Shown here: one piece after another, positions 15,341 to 28,751 of the stretch | How positions within the stretch are numbered: the stretch's first letter is position 1 | Layout of the letters: the number at the start of each line of letters is the position of its first letter | Assembly: GCF_009914755.1 (NCBI RefSeq) | Contig: NC_060936.1 | Source of the DNA: the human T2T-CHM13v2.0 reference genome, Homo sapiens | Strand: one strand, 5' to 3' | DNA length: 64,000 nt | Position numbers and translations under genes: made by a program | The notes under the pieces: generated by a model | Told to the model about the DNA's origin: nothing | The model's input: only the letters and a program-made list of their open reading frames with translations | The model's database searches: none

Positions 15341-18300
15341 GACGCAATATAAGCATTATATAGTATTAATGTTAGTGATAAGTGAAACTCCAAACATGAT
15401 GTTAGTACCTTTATGAAAAGAAAAGTGTTTTTTAAAGAAAATATTGAAGTTTTATTATTTGGGATTTCATACGGCCCTCAATTTTATTTCCTTAAACATC
15501 TGAATAAATTCTGTATTTTTAGCCAATTCATTTGGAATTGGGTTTGTGCTTTTTTTAAAATAATGGAGGCAGCTCCCATTTTTGAAAAAATTCTTTATTC
15601 ATCTTGTAATTATTAATTGAAACAGATTTAAACTTTATTGGAATTTCTCCTGTGAAGTTATGATATTTAACTTTTCATTTCCTGTCTGATTTTATCTTCC
15701 CAATAAATTTGCCTGAAGGCAAATGACAAAAATGACAAATAGAAGCAAAAAAAAAATTAGTCTGGACAATCATATAGTAGAGAAATTTTTTTTCCTTTTT
15801 TTCAGAGGACTTTAAAAATGTTGACAATCTTTAACATTCATTATCTTACTAGAATCTCACAACATGTGTCTAAATTGCGTGATGGAAAATTAAATCTTGT
15901 TATTTTTCTGTATACTTGACATTAGCTTTGTCTATTATCACATGAAATAGTCATGTACTTATTTTTTAAATGAATTAAAATGTAATAATTGAGCATTATA
16001 CATGCTGAATTAGAGATACAATGCATAAGATATTAGTGATAGAATAATAGAAACAGGGTTTATTATAGTGGCAGAAAATGAAGCACACAGCTAGCAAGAA
16101 CAATTCAGTATTTTAACTCAGGCAATTTCACTCCTGTCTGTGCATTTAATAATCATACTACCTTGTAGAGGGTAATATAACCATTTCATTCCACAACTCC
16201 ATAAAACACCATTCACATTGAAATCTATATGAATCTATATGAATAGTGTTTTCAGGAACATATATATATGTATATTGCATGTTTTGCCATGTTTCTTATT
16301 CTATGTTACAAACACTAGTACAAAATAGTTCTTTTTTAAAATAATGAGAATAAAAGTGACTCAGTAGTATAATTTTTAGTACGAACAAGAATGACTTTCA
16401 TTGCTAATAATAATGAAGGAATGATATTGTACTGGATGATTCCTTTACCTAAAGTAATAAAATAAATTCTTAAGGAAAATATTTCAATAGACAATGAACA
16501 TTGTTCATAGCTGAATTCAAGTAGAAGAGTGTAGTGCTTCTGTCGAGTAGCAAAATAACACATTTTTAATGTTTGTAATTTGCTTAAATGTCCACATTTT
16601 TTCTTTCTGATAAATAACTTCTGGAAAAGATTCCATATTTACTTAATATTTACTTACTTTTTATGTTCTGATTCCAAAGTTTCCAAAAAGAAAAATTTAC
16701 CTGAAAAATTTGAATCACATCTAATATCAGATATTCTGCTTTTAATATTTAGAAAAGCAGTCTGATATGACCCTCATGTGGCTCCAAATGGGTATCAGAG
16801 AAACCAGTGTTAAAAATAATATAATGAAAGACACAGCAACATTATATTTAATTTAGTGAATAACATTTGTTTATTTTCACCTTTCCCTGCCTCACTAAGC
16901 ATCACTGGAGAAAGAATTGAAGTAGGAACATGAGGTGAGCACTAGCTTCACACATTGTTATGTAAACTGTTGCCATTACGTTCTAATTACATCACATCAA
17001 AATTTAAGAAAAAATCACTCCAGTCCTTAATTTCAAAAATTTTTTATAGAAATACAATTTTCTTTCAAACTCTTCTACATAAAATTTTTACCTTTATTTT
17101 CATCTCCGATATAATCATAGCTGAATATACTGACCATCTACTAAGTGCTCATAACTATATGATGAGCCACTTGCAAATTTAGTTCATTTAATATTTGCAA
17201 AGCTCTATGTTATATCAGTTTCTGTGGTTTTCAAACCATTTTCTAAAACATATTCTCATTTGATTCTGACTATAATGTTTTAAAAGAAGAAAAGTTATTA
17301 TTATAGTTTCAGAAGGAAACTGAGAATCAGAAAAAGCCGAGTAATTTGTTCTAGGTCTCACGGTCTATAAGTGGCAGAGATTAGAATCCAACTAAATCTT
17401 CTTTCTAGAGGAGTTTCAACACAGTTAAGAAGCAAGATTATTTACTTCCAAAAACAACTTTAAATTATATACTTTAAATTATATTATTTTGATATTAATC
17501 CAAAAATGTATTCTTCCAAGAAGACAGTCAGTACTCCATTCAATATGAGGTTTTTACTTATATTTTTAACCATTTCCTATGTAATATTTTTTATCGTTCA
17601 TCATGAATGTAACTGGGCTAATTGCCACATAGATTTAGAATTATTTAAGATTTTCACATTTCTCTCTTCTAATTACATTTAATTTTTCTCATGGAAAATT
17701 ATTTATGGGGCATTTAGACTGTAAGCTATGTGGGCAGGAGCCATGAGAATATTTAATTCACTGTTGTATTCCCAGGATTGATCACAGGCTTGACATCTAA
17801 TAGATATTCAGTTAATATTTAATAAACTTAAATCAATGTAATTCAATTTGATACAAGTAATGTGTTTGCTGTGAATCTCTACCAGCAGTATATATATATA
17901 TATTTAAAAGATTATAAAAGTGGATTATTGAAAGTAATATCTATTTTTTATAAAATCTATTATCAAATTTAGGAATAGAGTGGATTTGTCTTGGCACCTA
18001 TTTTGGGACAGTAGTGTTAAAAGCTCTAACTTGTACTTACAGAAAATTAAAAAAATTAGATCAACAATGAAGTAATTGTGTGACATCAAGAAAAATTAAT
18101 TCATTTAATAAATATGAATTATTAATATGGACTAAGAAGAATCAGAGGTAAATATGAGGTTTCTTGTTTCATGGAGTTTATATTTTGATGACAGACAGAT
18201 ATTGAACCCCTAAAAAGAGTAAATATACACTGTGTCAGTCAGAGATAAGTGCAAGAAAATTTCAAAGAAGGAAAATCTGATGGATAAGGAGAGATGCCTC

Positions 18301-20302
18301 AGGAGAGATAGAGGAGGGGTATTTTAGCTAGAGGTAAGTCATGATATTTTGATTAATAGAGGTTCTCAGTAGGGAGACAGGAAGTAACATGAAGTTTGGA
18401 GTAGGATGATGATGTTGGGGATAATGCAGCAAATATTGTGGGGGATCTCATTTAACGCACACGTGCCTGTGTGCCACTACTTCCACCATGGTGTGTTGAG
18501 CATCAATGTACATACAATAGAAATCCATGTCCTCCATGAAAATTCAACTTAGTAATCATTAAGTAATTTACTCTACTTATTTCTTAGAAAAGGGCAGGTG
18601 AGTACAGTGTTTCTTTCTATACACATAGGTCAACTCCTGCCCTGGGATCAACTTACCTTAATTGTATCCACTTCTATAGAAAATATGAAGTGATTCACAT
18701 AGTTTCAAAACCTTTGCCCCACATATTGGTCAGGTATTATTTCTTGAAAATCACAGGTAGAAAAGCTTTTTTGAATATCTGGTCATTTTTTATTGGATGA
18801 CACATATTGTGGATTTTACCTTTTTGAGTTCTGAAAATCCTTAAATTTCAAAAAATACTCTTAAACTTTGCATATAATACACATAATAACACACATATAT
18901 ATTATTACATATACCTTTATATATTATATAATACATATAACACAGACACATAGACTACATAAATATATAACACATATATAATGCATATAACACAGACAAA
19001 TAGGATACGTGAATGTATAACAAAATATTCACGGAAAAATACACACAAGATAACATGTAGAACAGTATGTAGGGTCTTTATCTATTTTGTTCATCTGTAC
19101 AAATACACGATAAATGTATTCATTGAATGAATTACTGAGTGAACAAATAAATATCCTCTGAAATACAATTTATATCATGTCAGATGTATCCCTCCAGGAA
19201 CCATATTCCCTTTTCCTCTACTAACAGTACTCTAAAACACAAGGCATAGCACAAAGGAGTTGAAAGTGATTGTGGATTCCAACTCCACAGAATTAAGATT
19301 GTTGGCATTGATCAAGAACAAGTAGAAAAAAATAAACTTGAGCTATTAATATAACTCTCCCAGAGATTCGGTTCATTTCTTCTCAACCTAAAAAGGGCTT
19401 GGATAAGAGATTGGATTCAATGATAAATGATTTTTAAGGGACAAATTTCTGTCTTATCTTTTCTAACAATTTATGTGATATTAAATACTGCCAAACTATT
19501 GTATTATAATTTTTAATGTTTGAAGGTTTCCAGAATAATAAGTATATTTCTAAATACTAGATACAATTTTAACAGACCAAATTTGCAATACATTTTAACT
19601 GTGATGTGGGTATTTCATCTATATTTGCATTCCCTGGTGTTCCCCAATCCTCGTTATTTCAGAATGATGAGAATTGAGCTTTGCATAAAGTTAAAGTTGA
19701 CAAGGCACATTCTGAATGTTTCTGTATGAAGAAAATATTTGAAATCATGGACATATTCACATGCATAAAATTAATTTTTTTCGTAAGTTGATTCTATATC
19801 CCTGAAATGAGGCTAATTGAAAACCACAAGGATATCAGTTTCTGTACTTAAAATAGACATAGTATAGCCTATTTTCCCCTTTTCCAATAGATGAGTATTC
19901 AGAAAATATCTGGACGTACACAATAGAAATGAACTCCAACTGAAGAGAGAGGAAATTCAACTGCAGAAGAGAAGATTCATAAATAATAATAATGAGATTA
20001 CTTTTTATTGATGACTACTATGTGCCAGGCAGTGTGGTATGCATTTTACATATTTTATCTTATGTCATCCTCACTCTGTTAGGCACATAGGCATAGCACA
20101 GGTTCAGACTGTAGCCCTGGCACTTATTTTGGGCAAGTTACTTAACCTTTCTGGTTTTGATATACTCATCTATAAACATGCAGATAATAATATAACACTC
20201 TTTAATATTGACCTAGGCATTAGAACTCAATCTCGATTAAGCTCTTTGAACAATTATCAGTATACAATTAATAGTTAATAAATGCTACTTCCGAACACTA
20301 TT

Positions 20303-20603
<301 letters not shown>

Positions 20604-20882
20604 TCTGAACACTATTTTTATCCCTAACTTTATAGTCACAGAAAGTGAAGCAAAAAATGAAGAAAATTGCCCTAGTTTACTTCCCTAGAAAGTGGGATTT
20701 GAACTGTAAGGAAAAAATAACTAATAGATATTTAAAACATTTTAATTCATTGATTCACATCTGCCAGTTCAACTGGATTACCTGTGGGTAGGGAGGCAAA
20801 TAGACACGTTAGGCTCAGAGGTTTGAGGGCATGACTACATTGCAAGCTCAGTGAAGCTTGGGGAAAGAGTCCTTCAGCGGGC

Positions 20883-21001
20883 CTAGGATTCACACGTATG
20901 CATTCTCCATTCTTGAGTCTCTACCTCCTTTATCAGACACAGCCCATCCTGCTTAGGAAAAGCCACACATTGTCTGGCGATGGGAAACCTTCTTTCATAG
21001 G
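20883..21001 (-). pseudogene. FAAH-like terminal exon (exon 15 equivalent)
   Basis: Acceptor ctcctttctcttctag; PMKEG/frameshift/PIARQCVAFPKQDGLCLIKEVETQEWRMHTCES* vs FAAH GMKKSVGLPVAVQCVALPWQEELCLRFMREVE. Confidence 0.88.
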
Positions 21002-21971
21002 CTAGAAGAGAAAGGAGATCAGGACTGTACAGCTACCTGACTTGAGTTCCGGCACCTTGTCTCCAAGACACATTCAATTCTGCCTCACTTGTATAGAATG
21101 GACTAGGTTTTAGGACAATGTATAGCAAATTTATTGATTTTATTGATTCTAAAATTTGAAAATCATTTAATATTTCAATTATGATATATTTATCTTCAAC
21201 TTGTTTCTCTTTCTCCCACAGAATCATCTAAAAGAGATTCGCAAAAAGATTAAATGAGTATCTTGAAATTATCTTAGCTACATTATCTATAGTTGAAATT
21301 TATATTTTGGATTTTAGCAAAGACTAAAGGTTACCATCTGCCTGTTTTTTGATCTTCCCTGTGGGATGAAGAGTTTAGGGAGAGAGATGGTCATGTTGCA
21401 GAATTGCTGGACTAAGTGTTAATGACAAGAGACCTTAACCAATATGAAATTTTTTGCAACGAGTTCCAGCCAAGAAAATGAAATTCTAGTTCAGGAGGTT
21501 GCTTCATCTGCCTCACACTAAATGACTGTTCACTTCTTCAGAGATGTTAACCCTTGTAATGTGAATAGATGCCATTGTTTGAAAGTAGTCATCTCTGACT
21601 TTGAGAGCTGATTTTATGACTCTAGGTTTTTAAAAACTTTTTCTAGTCTACTGTTCATTTTTCAAGATATTTCCTTAAAAATGTTGCCTATTTTAACTTT
21701 TTAGAATTAATGCTACTAAGACTATTTTATTCTTATTTTATCTTGTCATTTTATTATAATTCTTAATAATATTTTCTTTAATGTGCTTTTTCAATCTTCC
21801 AGATGGTGATATTTCTATCTCTTATTTATTCTTGGCTTACATTCCAAATCTTTCTCTTCATCTCATTTTCTAATCATTTTATTTTCAAGATTAAATTAGT
21901 CATGTGACATACTTTTATATAATTTCACCAAGTTAGTTTCTCTAGTCTTTTAAACAAATTTACACATTCTT

Positions 21972-22224
21972 TTATTATTATTATTATTATTTTTTATTAT
22001 TATACTTTAAGTTTTAGGGTACATGTGCACAACGTGCAGGTTGGTTACATATGTATACATGTGCCATGTTGGTGTGCTGCACCCATTAACTCGTCATTTA
22101 CATTAGGTATATCTCCTAGTGCTATCCCTCCCCCCTCCCCCCACCCCACGACAGGCCCCGGTGTGTGATGTTCCCCTTCCTGTGTCCATGTGTTCTCATT
22201 GTTCAATTCCCACCTACGAGTGAG
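21972..22224 (-). mobile_element. 5'-truncated L1PA4/5 3' end
   Basis: 17-bp TSD CAAATTTACACATTCTT at 21955-21971 and 22225-22241. Confidence 0.92.
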
Positions 22225-23664
22225 CAAATTTACACATTCTTAAACGTTAAGTTGCTCATATCTATTTATCTTTAACTGTCATTAGTCTATTCATATCAGG
22301 CAGCAGTATCTTCTCTTCACTAATAACTATTGGTTAATTTTAAACGTTTTGTTTATACCCTACGTATATTGCACCTTATTGTACCTATTTTCTTTAGTCG
22401 TAATGTTATCATTAAAATTGAGAAATGGTAAAAATAAGTTTATGCCCCATCTTACAGAATGTCAAGATGGGTTTCATGTGTTTGCTCTTCATGATGTCAT
22501 ATCCAGCACTATAAAGTAGGGACTGATAACCTGATATTCATTTACCCTTTTATTTAATCTGTGCAATCCAAAAGTGAAATTAACCCACAGGAGAAAATTA
22601 AGCCTAGAGTTAGCATAAGCTCCAACATAGTTGGAATTTTTTCCAGAATATACCATGGAGATATGCTTAAAAAAAGAGAATTTGAATAACACATGAGATA
22701 TCTTGAATACCATGGGCCTGCAATAGCTATCCATGTCTATCTATTTATCTATCTTTATTTAAAATTAATATAAAACATAAACATTTTTCAATACCAAGTT
22801 GATAAATTTTGTGGGATAAATATTTAACTGAAGGGCAGTTTCCCAAGCAAGTCCTTTCACTTTTCACTGTAGTTCTCCCTGGATACTAGACACTTGGCAA
22901 CAGGATAAAATTGTTTTATTGTATCGTTTGTTTTTTACTTACGGATTGGGACATGCTGATCCCTGCACCTTACGCTCAACTTTATATGGCTTCCGGAGTT
23001 AGCAGCCTATTTATTAAAAATATTGACGTTCCAAAAATTAATATTTAAAAATACTTCAAACGCATGTGTTTCAGGAGGTTCTTATTAAAGAAGATTCTAA
23101 AGAAAGGCTATTAATGAACCCAAACATTGGTTCTCTAATGTGTGGAGAGGTTATGGAGGGAGATAGAAAGGGTTGTCCATTAACAATAACAATGGCTTTG
23201 TGAAGGCTTGCCTATTGTTTTGTTATATCAAATACAATGAGAAATGTACCTTAAATCAGGACAAATATAAGTGTAACATAAAAGATTTGATGAAGCAAAG
23301 TTTTAATAATTGATCAGGTACAAAACTTTAATAACTTTCTTTTAACTTAAAATATGGAAAGTTAAGAATCCTAGAGATAACATTAGGTGATTCTTTTTCT
23401 AATAAACAGTCAAAGAAAAAAAGGTTGTTTTTACGATTCAATCCTTATTTGATCACAAAAGAAAATAACATTATCTTATAACACTGGCAAATATTTATGA
23501 TACTGTGGCTCAAAGGGACATGAAGGACAGAGAGAGGGTAAAGGTCATTAAATTGATCTCCCTTCAAATCTGGGAAAAGGTAGCAATATCCCTAACACCC
23601 AGGGCAAGAAATCCTTAAATAACCTTTTACATGTTGCCCAGTGCTCTCTAGTGGACTAACTCAC

Positions 23665-23810
23665 CTTCTGAAAAATCCTACTCCGAGAGTCATGGCAGTA
23701 ACCTTGGTATTGTTTCATCTCCTCCTCATCTTCCTCTGTCACTGTGCCAGTGGTGACAATTCCCGCAGGAAACTTTAGAATATTATATAGGTAAACATAG
23801 GATACAAAAC
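23665..23810 (-). pseudogene. FAAH-like exon 14 equivalent (146 nt, open, AG/GT intact)
   Basis: FVSYVYLYNILKFPAGIVTTGTVTEEDEEEMKQYQGYCHDSRSRIFQK vs FAAH AVSYTMLYNCLDFPAGVVPVTTVTAEDEAQMEHYRGYFGDIWDKMLQK; donor AAG/gtgagt. Confidence 0.93.
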
Positions 23811-24180
23811 CTAAAATCCAGTGCACAGACTCATCAGAAGTCCTCCAGATTTATCACTAGTATATTTCTCCCATTCTTCTACTCTTTCTCCTCTGCCTTC
23901 TACAACTCTAAGACTAGTGGCTTTATTTACATTTTACAGTGGACAAGAGGAACTTAATAAGGAGAAATGGTCCCTTCACTGAAGTTACCATAGTTGGGTC
24001 CAGAGTTCTCATCTCGTGTTCATACATCACCTCCACACTAAATAGTATCTTTAAATGTGTAGCAATTTTCACTCCTTAAGGACATTCACAGAAAATTAAC
24101 TCACTTTCAAATATTTACGTAACACTGAGATGTATCTTGTGGATATAATGTGAAAAAGGCATGGTGCTAAATTTCAGGTC

Positions 24181-24738
24181 TTATGGTGAATTTTATGTGT
24201 CAACCTGATGGAGTTAAGAATACCCAAACAGCTGGTAAAACGTTATTTCTGGGAATGTCTGTGAGGGTAATCTCAAAGGAGACTGGCATTTAAATTAGTA
24301 GTCTGAGTAAAGATCAATCCTCACCAATGTTGGTGGGCATCATCCAATCTGTTGAAAGCCCATGAAATGGAATAAAAAGATGGAAGAGGAAGGAATTTAC
24401 ATGCTTCTTGAGCTGGGACACCACCATCTCCTACCCTTGGACATCAGTGCCTCCCTGTTTCTCAAGCCTTTGAAATCTGGGACTTAAACCAGAGGCTTCC
24501 CAGGTTCTGAGATTCTCAGTTTTAGACTGAGAGTTATATTATTGGCTCCTCTGGTTCTTGTGTCTTTAGCCTCAGACTGAATTACACCATCAGCTTTCCT
24601 GGTTCTCCAGCTTGCAGACATTATATCATGAAACTTATAGACCTCCATAATTGCATAAGCCAATTCCTATAATAAATCTTCTCATGAATCTCTCTGTATA
24701 TATCCCATTGGTTCTGTTACTCTGGAGAATGCTAATGC
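24181..24738 (+). mobile_element. MLT2 (ERVL) solo LTR
   Basis: Start ttttatgtgtcaacctga; end aataaatc..attggttctgttactctggagaa. Confidence 0.8.
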
Positions 24739-25479
24739 CGCTGATGTTTATTTATGTTAATAGTGGCCATTCTATTTCATGGCATTTAGTGTACATTCAA
24801 TGAAATGTTGATTGAGTAAAACAATATGCTACTATATAAATTTACAGTACAATTAAGAAATAATTCACCTTTACAATTTAAGTGGAGATGGAAAGAAGAA
24901 CATGGATATAAAACATTTTGCAAATAGAGGCTCATCACCCTTCAGAGTGTAAAGGATAAATTAGTGGGTAAGTACTGAGAGGACATGACCTTGGTCTTTG
25001 CTGTATTATTTTCTAACTATATTAAATTTATTGTTTTCTATTGTTTTCAACTATTTTGCATTTAGATTTCTAAATTATTAAAGAAAGGATTAAAAGGCTT
25101 GTGCTTCATGCTTCATAGTGGTTGTGAAAAAGAAATTAAATAATGCATACCAAAACATATAAAACAGTAAATTCCACGTGGATAAGAACTTTTCTGTTTT
25201 TCTAGAGAAAACAGGAGGAAAGAAAGAATAAAGAAAACAAGAGATTTTGAGAATGATAGAAAATACATTCAGGACAATAACAAGTTCAGAGAAAAGGGAT
25301 AAAGCTAATGGCAATCTCGTAAATAGTAGGTTTTAGAATATTCATTTTTAAGTATAATACATTAAGTTGGTGATAAATCTGGAAATATAATACAATTCTT
25401 ATATTTCTCCATGTATAATATAGTTAGGCTAAGTTTATCTAATCTAAAGAACAAATAAAAGCTAAAAATTATTTATTAC

Positions 25480-25588
25480 CAAGGAGGTCTCCAGTGTAGC
25501 TTAGGTTGAAGGCTAGACACAAGACAGGACAGAGAATAACATTCAACTCCAAGGATTTCCATTTGCCAATGAATTTACACTGATAAAT
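25480..25588 (-). pseudogene. FAAH-like exon 13 equivalent (109 nt, open, AG/GT intact)
   Basis: IYQCKFIGKWKSLELNVILCPVLCLAFNLSYTGDLL vs FAAH VYRKTVIAQWRALDLDVVLTPMLAPALDLNAPGRAT. Confidence 0.9.
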
Positions 25589-25681
25589 CTATAGAGAATA
25601 ATCCAACCCAAATATAACTATTTCTAAGGCAAGAAAAATAGGTTTACATTACTTTGAAAAACCTTGACCTTTAGAATTGCT

Positions 25682-25931
<250 letters not shown>

Positions 25932-26176
25932 GAAGGCAATGTAATAAATAAAATCATAGTTTTACGAAGGAATTTGGTATTTAAAAACACAATAATTTAC
26001 AGAAAAGAATGTAGTGAAATTTTATCTTGATTAGACATGCAAAATGACCTCTAGGAAGAAAAGGGATGGATAATTCTTTTTCTGTATTTTTCCAAAGCCT
26101 GAAAGCCTAAAATATAGGCCCAATGACTAAATATGTAAACAAACAAAAAAACCCCACAGTATTTCTTAACTTATAC

Positions 26177-26402
26177 CAGAGGTCATCAAACTACTGCCCC
26201 TACTGGCCAAATCCAGTCTGCTGCCAATTTTTGTATACAAAGATAAATGGAATACAGTAACGCTCATTCCTTAATGTATTGTATAGGGTTCCTTTTGTCC
26301 TGTAAAAGCATAGTTTAGTGCCCATGAGGGAGACAGTATAGCCCATAAAGCTTAAAATATTTTATATGTGCTCCTTCATCAAAAAAAAAATGCTGACACC
26401 TG
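26177..26402. mobile_element. MER58-type hAT-Charlie MITE
   Basis: cagaggtcatcaaac...ggccaaatccagtctgctgcc...tgctgacacctg. Confidence 0.7.
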
Positions 26403-27019
26403 ATCCGGATAATCGGTAGTCATGAATGAACCTAGAGTAACCTTTCACTGAGCAACTATTATGTGTTAGCCATTACGCTATTTCTAGCTAAAAATATATA
26501 ATCTTCATTTATTTCTCATAACCATAATGTGAAATAAGGATTATTATCTTAAACCTATAAATATAGAAACTGATATTCAAAAAAGCTAAGTAACTGACCT
26601 AAGATTACACTGCTAGAACCAATAGTTTCAATATTTAGATGTTTTTCAATTATTCTGTTATTATTTGTTTTGATCTTCAATTCCAATGATTTTTGTCCTA
26701 AGCTACACAATTTCCCAGAATTCATAGTTACTGAAAACCTCCTTCACAGTCTGAGTGATATAGGTGAAGAGAAGAAAATAAATAAATAAATACATAAATA
26801 AAAAAGGGAATTTTAGAAAAAGCTTTACATAAAAAAGGGAATTTTAGAAAAAGCTGATTTAATGTAATCAGAAACTATGGGAGGACAAGAGAAAAATAGT
26901 GATCATCTCTAATTTGGCAGTGAATGTTTAGCAATCAATCTTCAGCTCACTCCATTTATCACTGGGCCAATGACCAGTAAAACCCTTACCTTAATCTTTA
27001 CTGGGATAATTTAAATTAC

Positions 27020-27059
27020 CTTCAGAGCAACCTGTTGCTTCCAGAGTTTATTCATTAAC
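27020..27059 (-). pseudogene. FAAH-like exon 12 equivalent (40 nt; acceptor TG instead of AG)
   Basis: LMNKLWKQQVALK vs SAGKLWELQHEIE; donor AAG/gtaatt. Confidence 0.75.
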
Positions 27060-27405
27060 CAGCAATGCACATCATGGACATTAAGATAAATCCAGATTAT
27101 CATTTCACTATATATTTTGGAAAGAGTCTTGAACTTTGTCTATATCTACAAATGACTCTCATTTCTTATGATACTTTTAGCCCTGTTACTTTAATTTTTT
27201 TATTCAGAGCTTATTTTGCCTCCTCCTAGTAACTTAATGCTACAATTTTTAAACTCCCATTGTTTAAATTTATTCTGAAATGATAAATATGAAGTAAAAA
27301 TTACCAAGGGGCTTCATTCACATATTTATGTCATATTTTCTTTTTTGAAATTGATGTTAGTAATTCAAGTAATATCCTCTTATACATGCACATCTGTAAA
27401 CTCAT

Positions 27406-27449
27406 CAAATACCACAGCATTTACCTAAGAATTTGTTCATCCATGGGAA
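27406..27449 (-). pseudogene. FAAH-like exon 11 equivalent (44 nt; donor AT instead of GT)
   Basis: FPWMNKFLGKCCGI vs LPRLSAFLSNMKS; acceptor cctgctag; downstream atgagt; ends in phase 2, matching exon 12. Confidence 0.7.
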
Positions 27450-28751
27450 CTAGCAGGTGACAAAAGATTAGATTCATCAAGAAAAATTATAACTCTATCA
27501 AGAAAAGCACAGAGCCTATGTTGGGGCTTTAAATGACTTAAAGTAGATTATAAAATCTCTTTTATGATTAGTGTTATAATATTATAGCATTAGATTCGTT
27601 TATATAGTTTAAGATATATTAAAAGGAAACTAGGTAAATAAACATATTAGAAAAATATTCTCTATTTAAAACATTCATATATATTATACACATATAATAA
27701 TTTGTGTGTATATAATTTGAAAATTTTATATATATATATTACATATATAACACAAAGATTGCCTCTGATTACTAGTATTATAGGTAGTTTTCTTATCAAA
27801 TAAATTTTTTGCTTTTCTAATTTATCTGTAATGAACATGTAATACTTGTATAATAAAGGAAAAACTAGCCATTTAAAATGGTTTATTATAATTCCACTCT
27901 GGCCAAGACACATGTATATTTTAATATACATATATGCATATAATTTATACAAATTATATATGTATGTATTATGTATATATTGCTTCTATATGACTATGTA
28001 TATCTAATTTTTGTGTGTGTATATATATGTATATGAGCTACATATGGAAATTTTTTTTAGATGTTTAAGATCATGTAGTTCAATACTTGGTGCTGGGAAA
28101 TAAAAAAGGAAAAGAAAAGGAAAGCTCCTAGGGATCTGTGAGCTGAAATCTGAAGTTCTCACAGTGTTGGAATACATAGGACGTTCTAAATAGCTAAATG
28201 AGAGATACTTTGCTGAAAAATACAGTCACTTCAGTTGATATTGAAAGAAACTTAGGGAAGGACTTTTCAACCACTATAGTAATGGTTACTCTCTGAAAAT
28301 TCTAACAAAATTTAAGCACAAAATTCAAAAGGATAAGATTAATTGACCACAAAATTAACCATCTGTGAAATAAAAAAAAAAAAAAAGACAAAACAAAAAC
28401 CCAACTCTACTCTCTCTAGAAGAAGACACTAACTCCAGATTCTCAGTCCTCTGGTATCCATAATTTCTGGCAGACAATACAAAAAATCTACACACAAAAT
28501 GAAGCAGATAAATATAAGTAACTGAAGGAAGAGTTCAGTCAGCAGACAAAAACTCTGAGAGATGATCCAACTGCTGGAATTAGCAAGGATTTTAAATCAG
28601 CTAATTCAAAAGTGTTCAAGGACTTTAAAAAATGACCATAATAAATGAGCAGATGAGCATATGAGGGAATATTAGCAGAGATAGAGGGCCTATAGAAAGA
28701 ATCAAATTGAAATTCTAAAAGTAATAAAATATGTAAAATAAAAAAAAAATC

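Noticed and set aside
26799-26855. Short 31-bp-period duplication as a possible array
   Set aside because: Only two copies; ordinary slippage. No CRISPR-like or RNA-gene structure was seen anywhere in the window.
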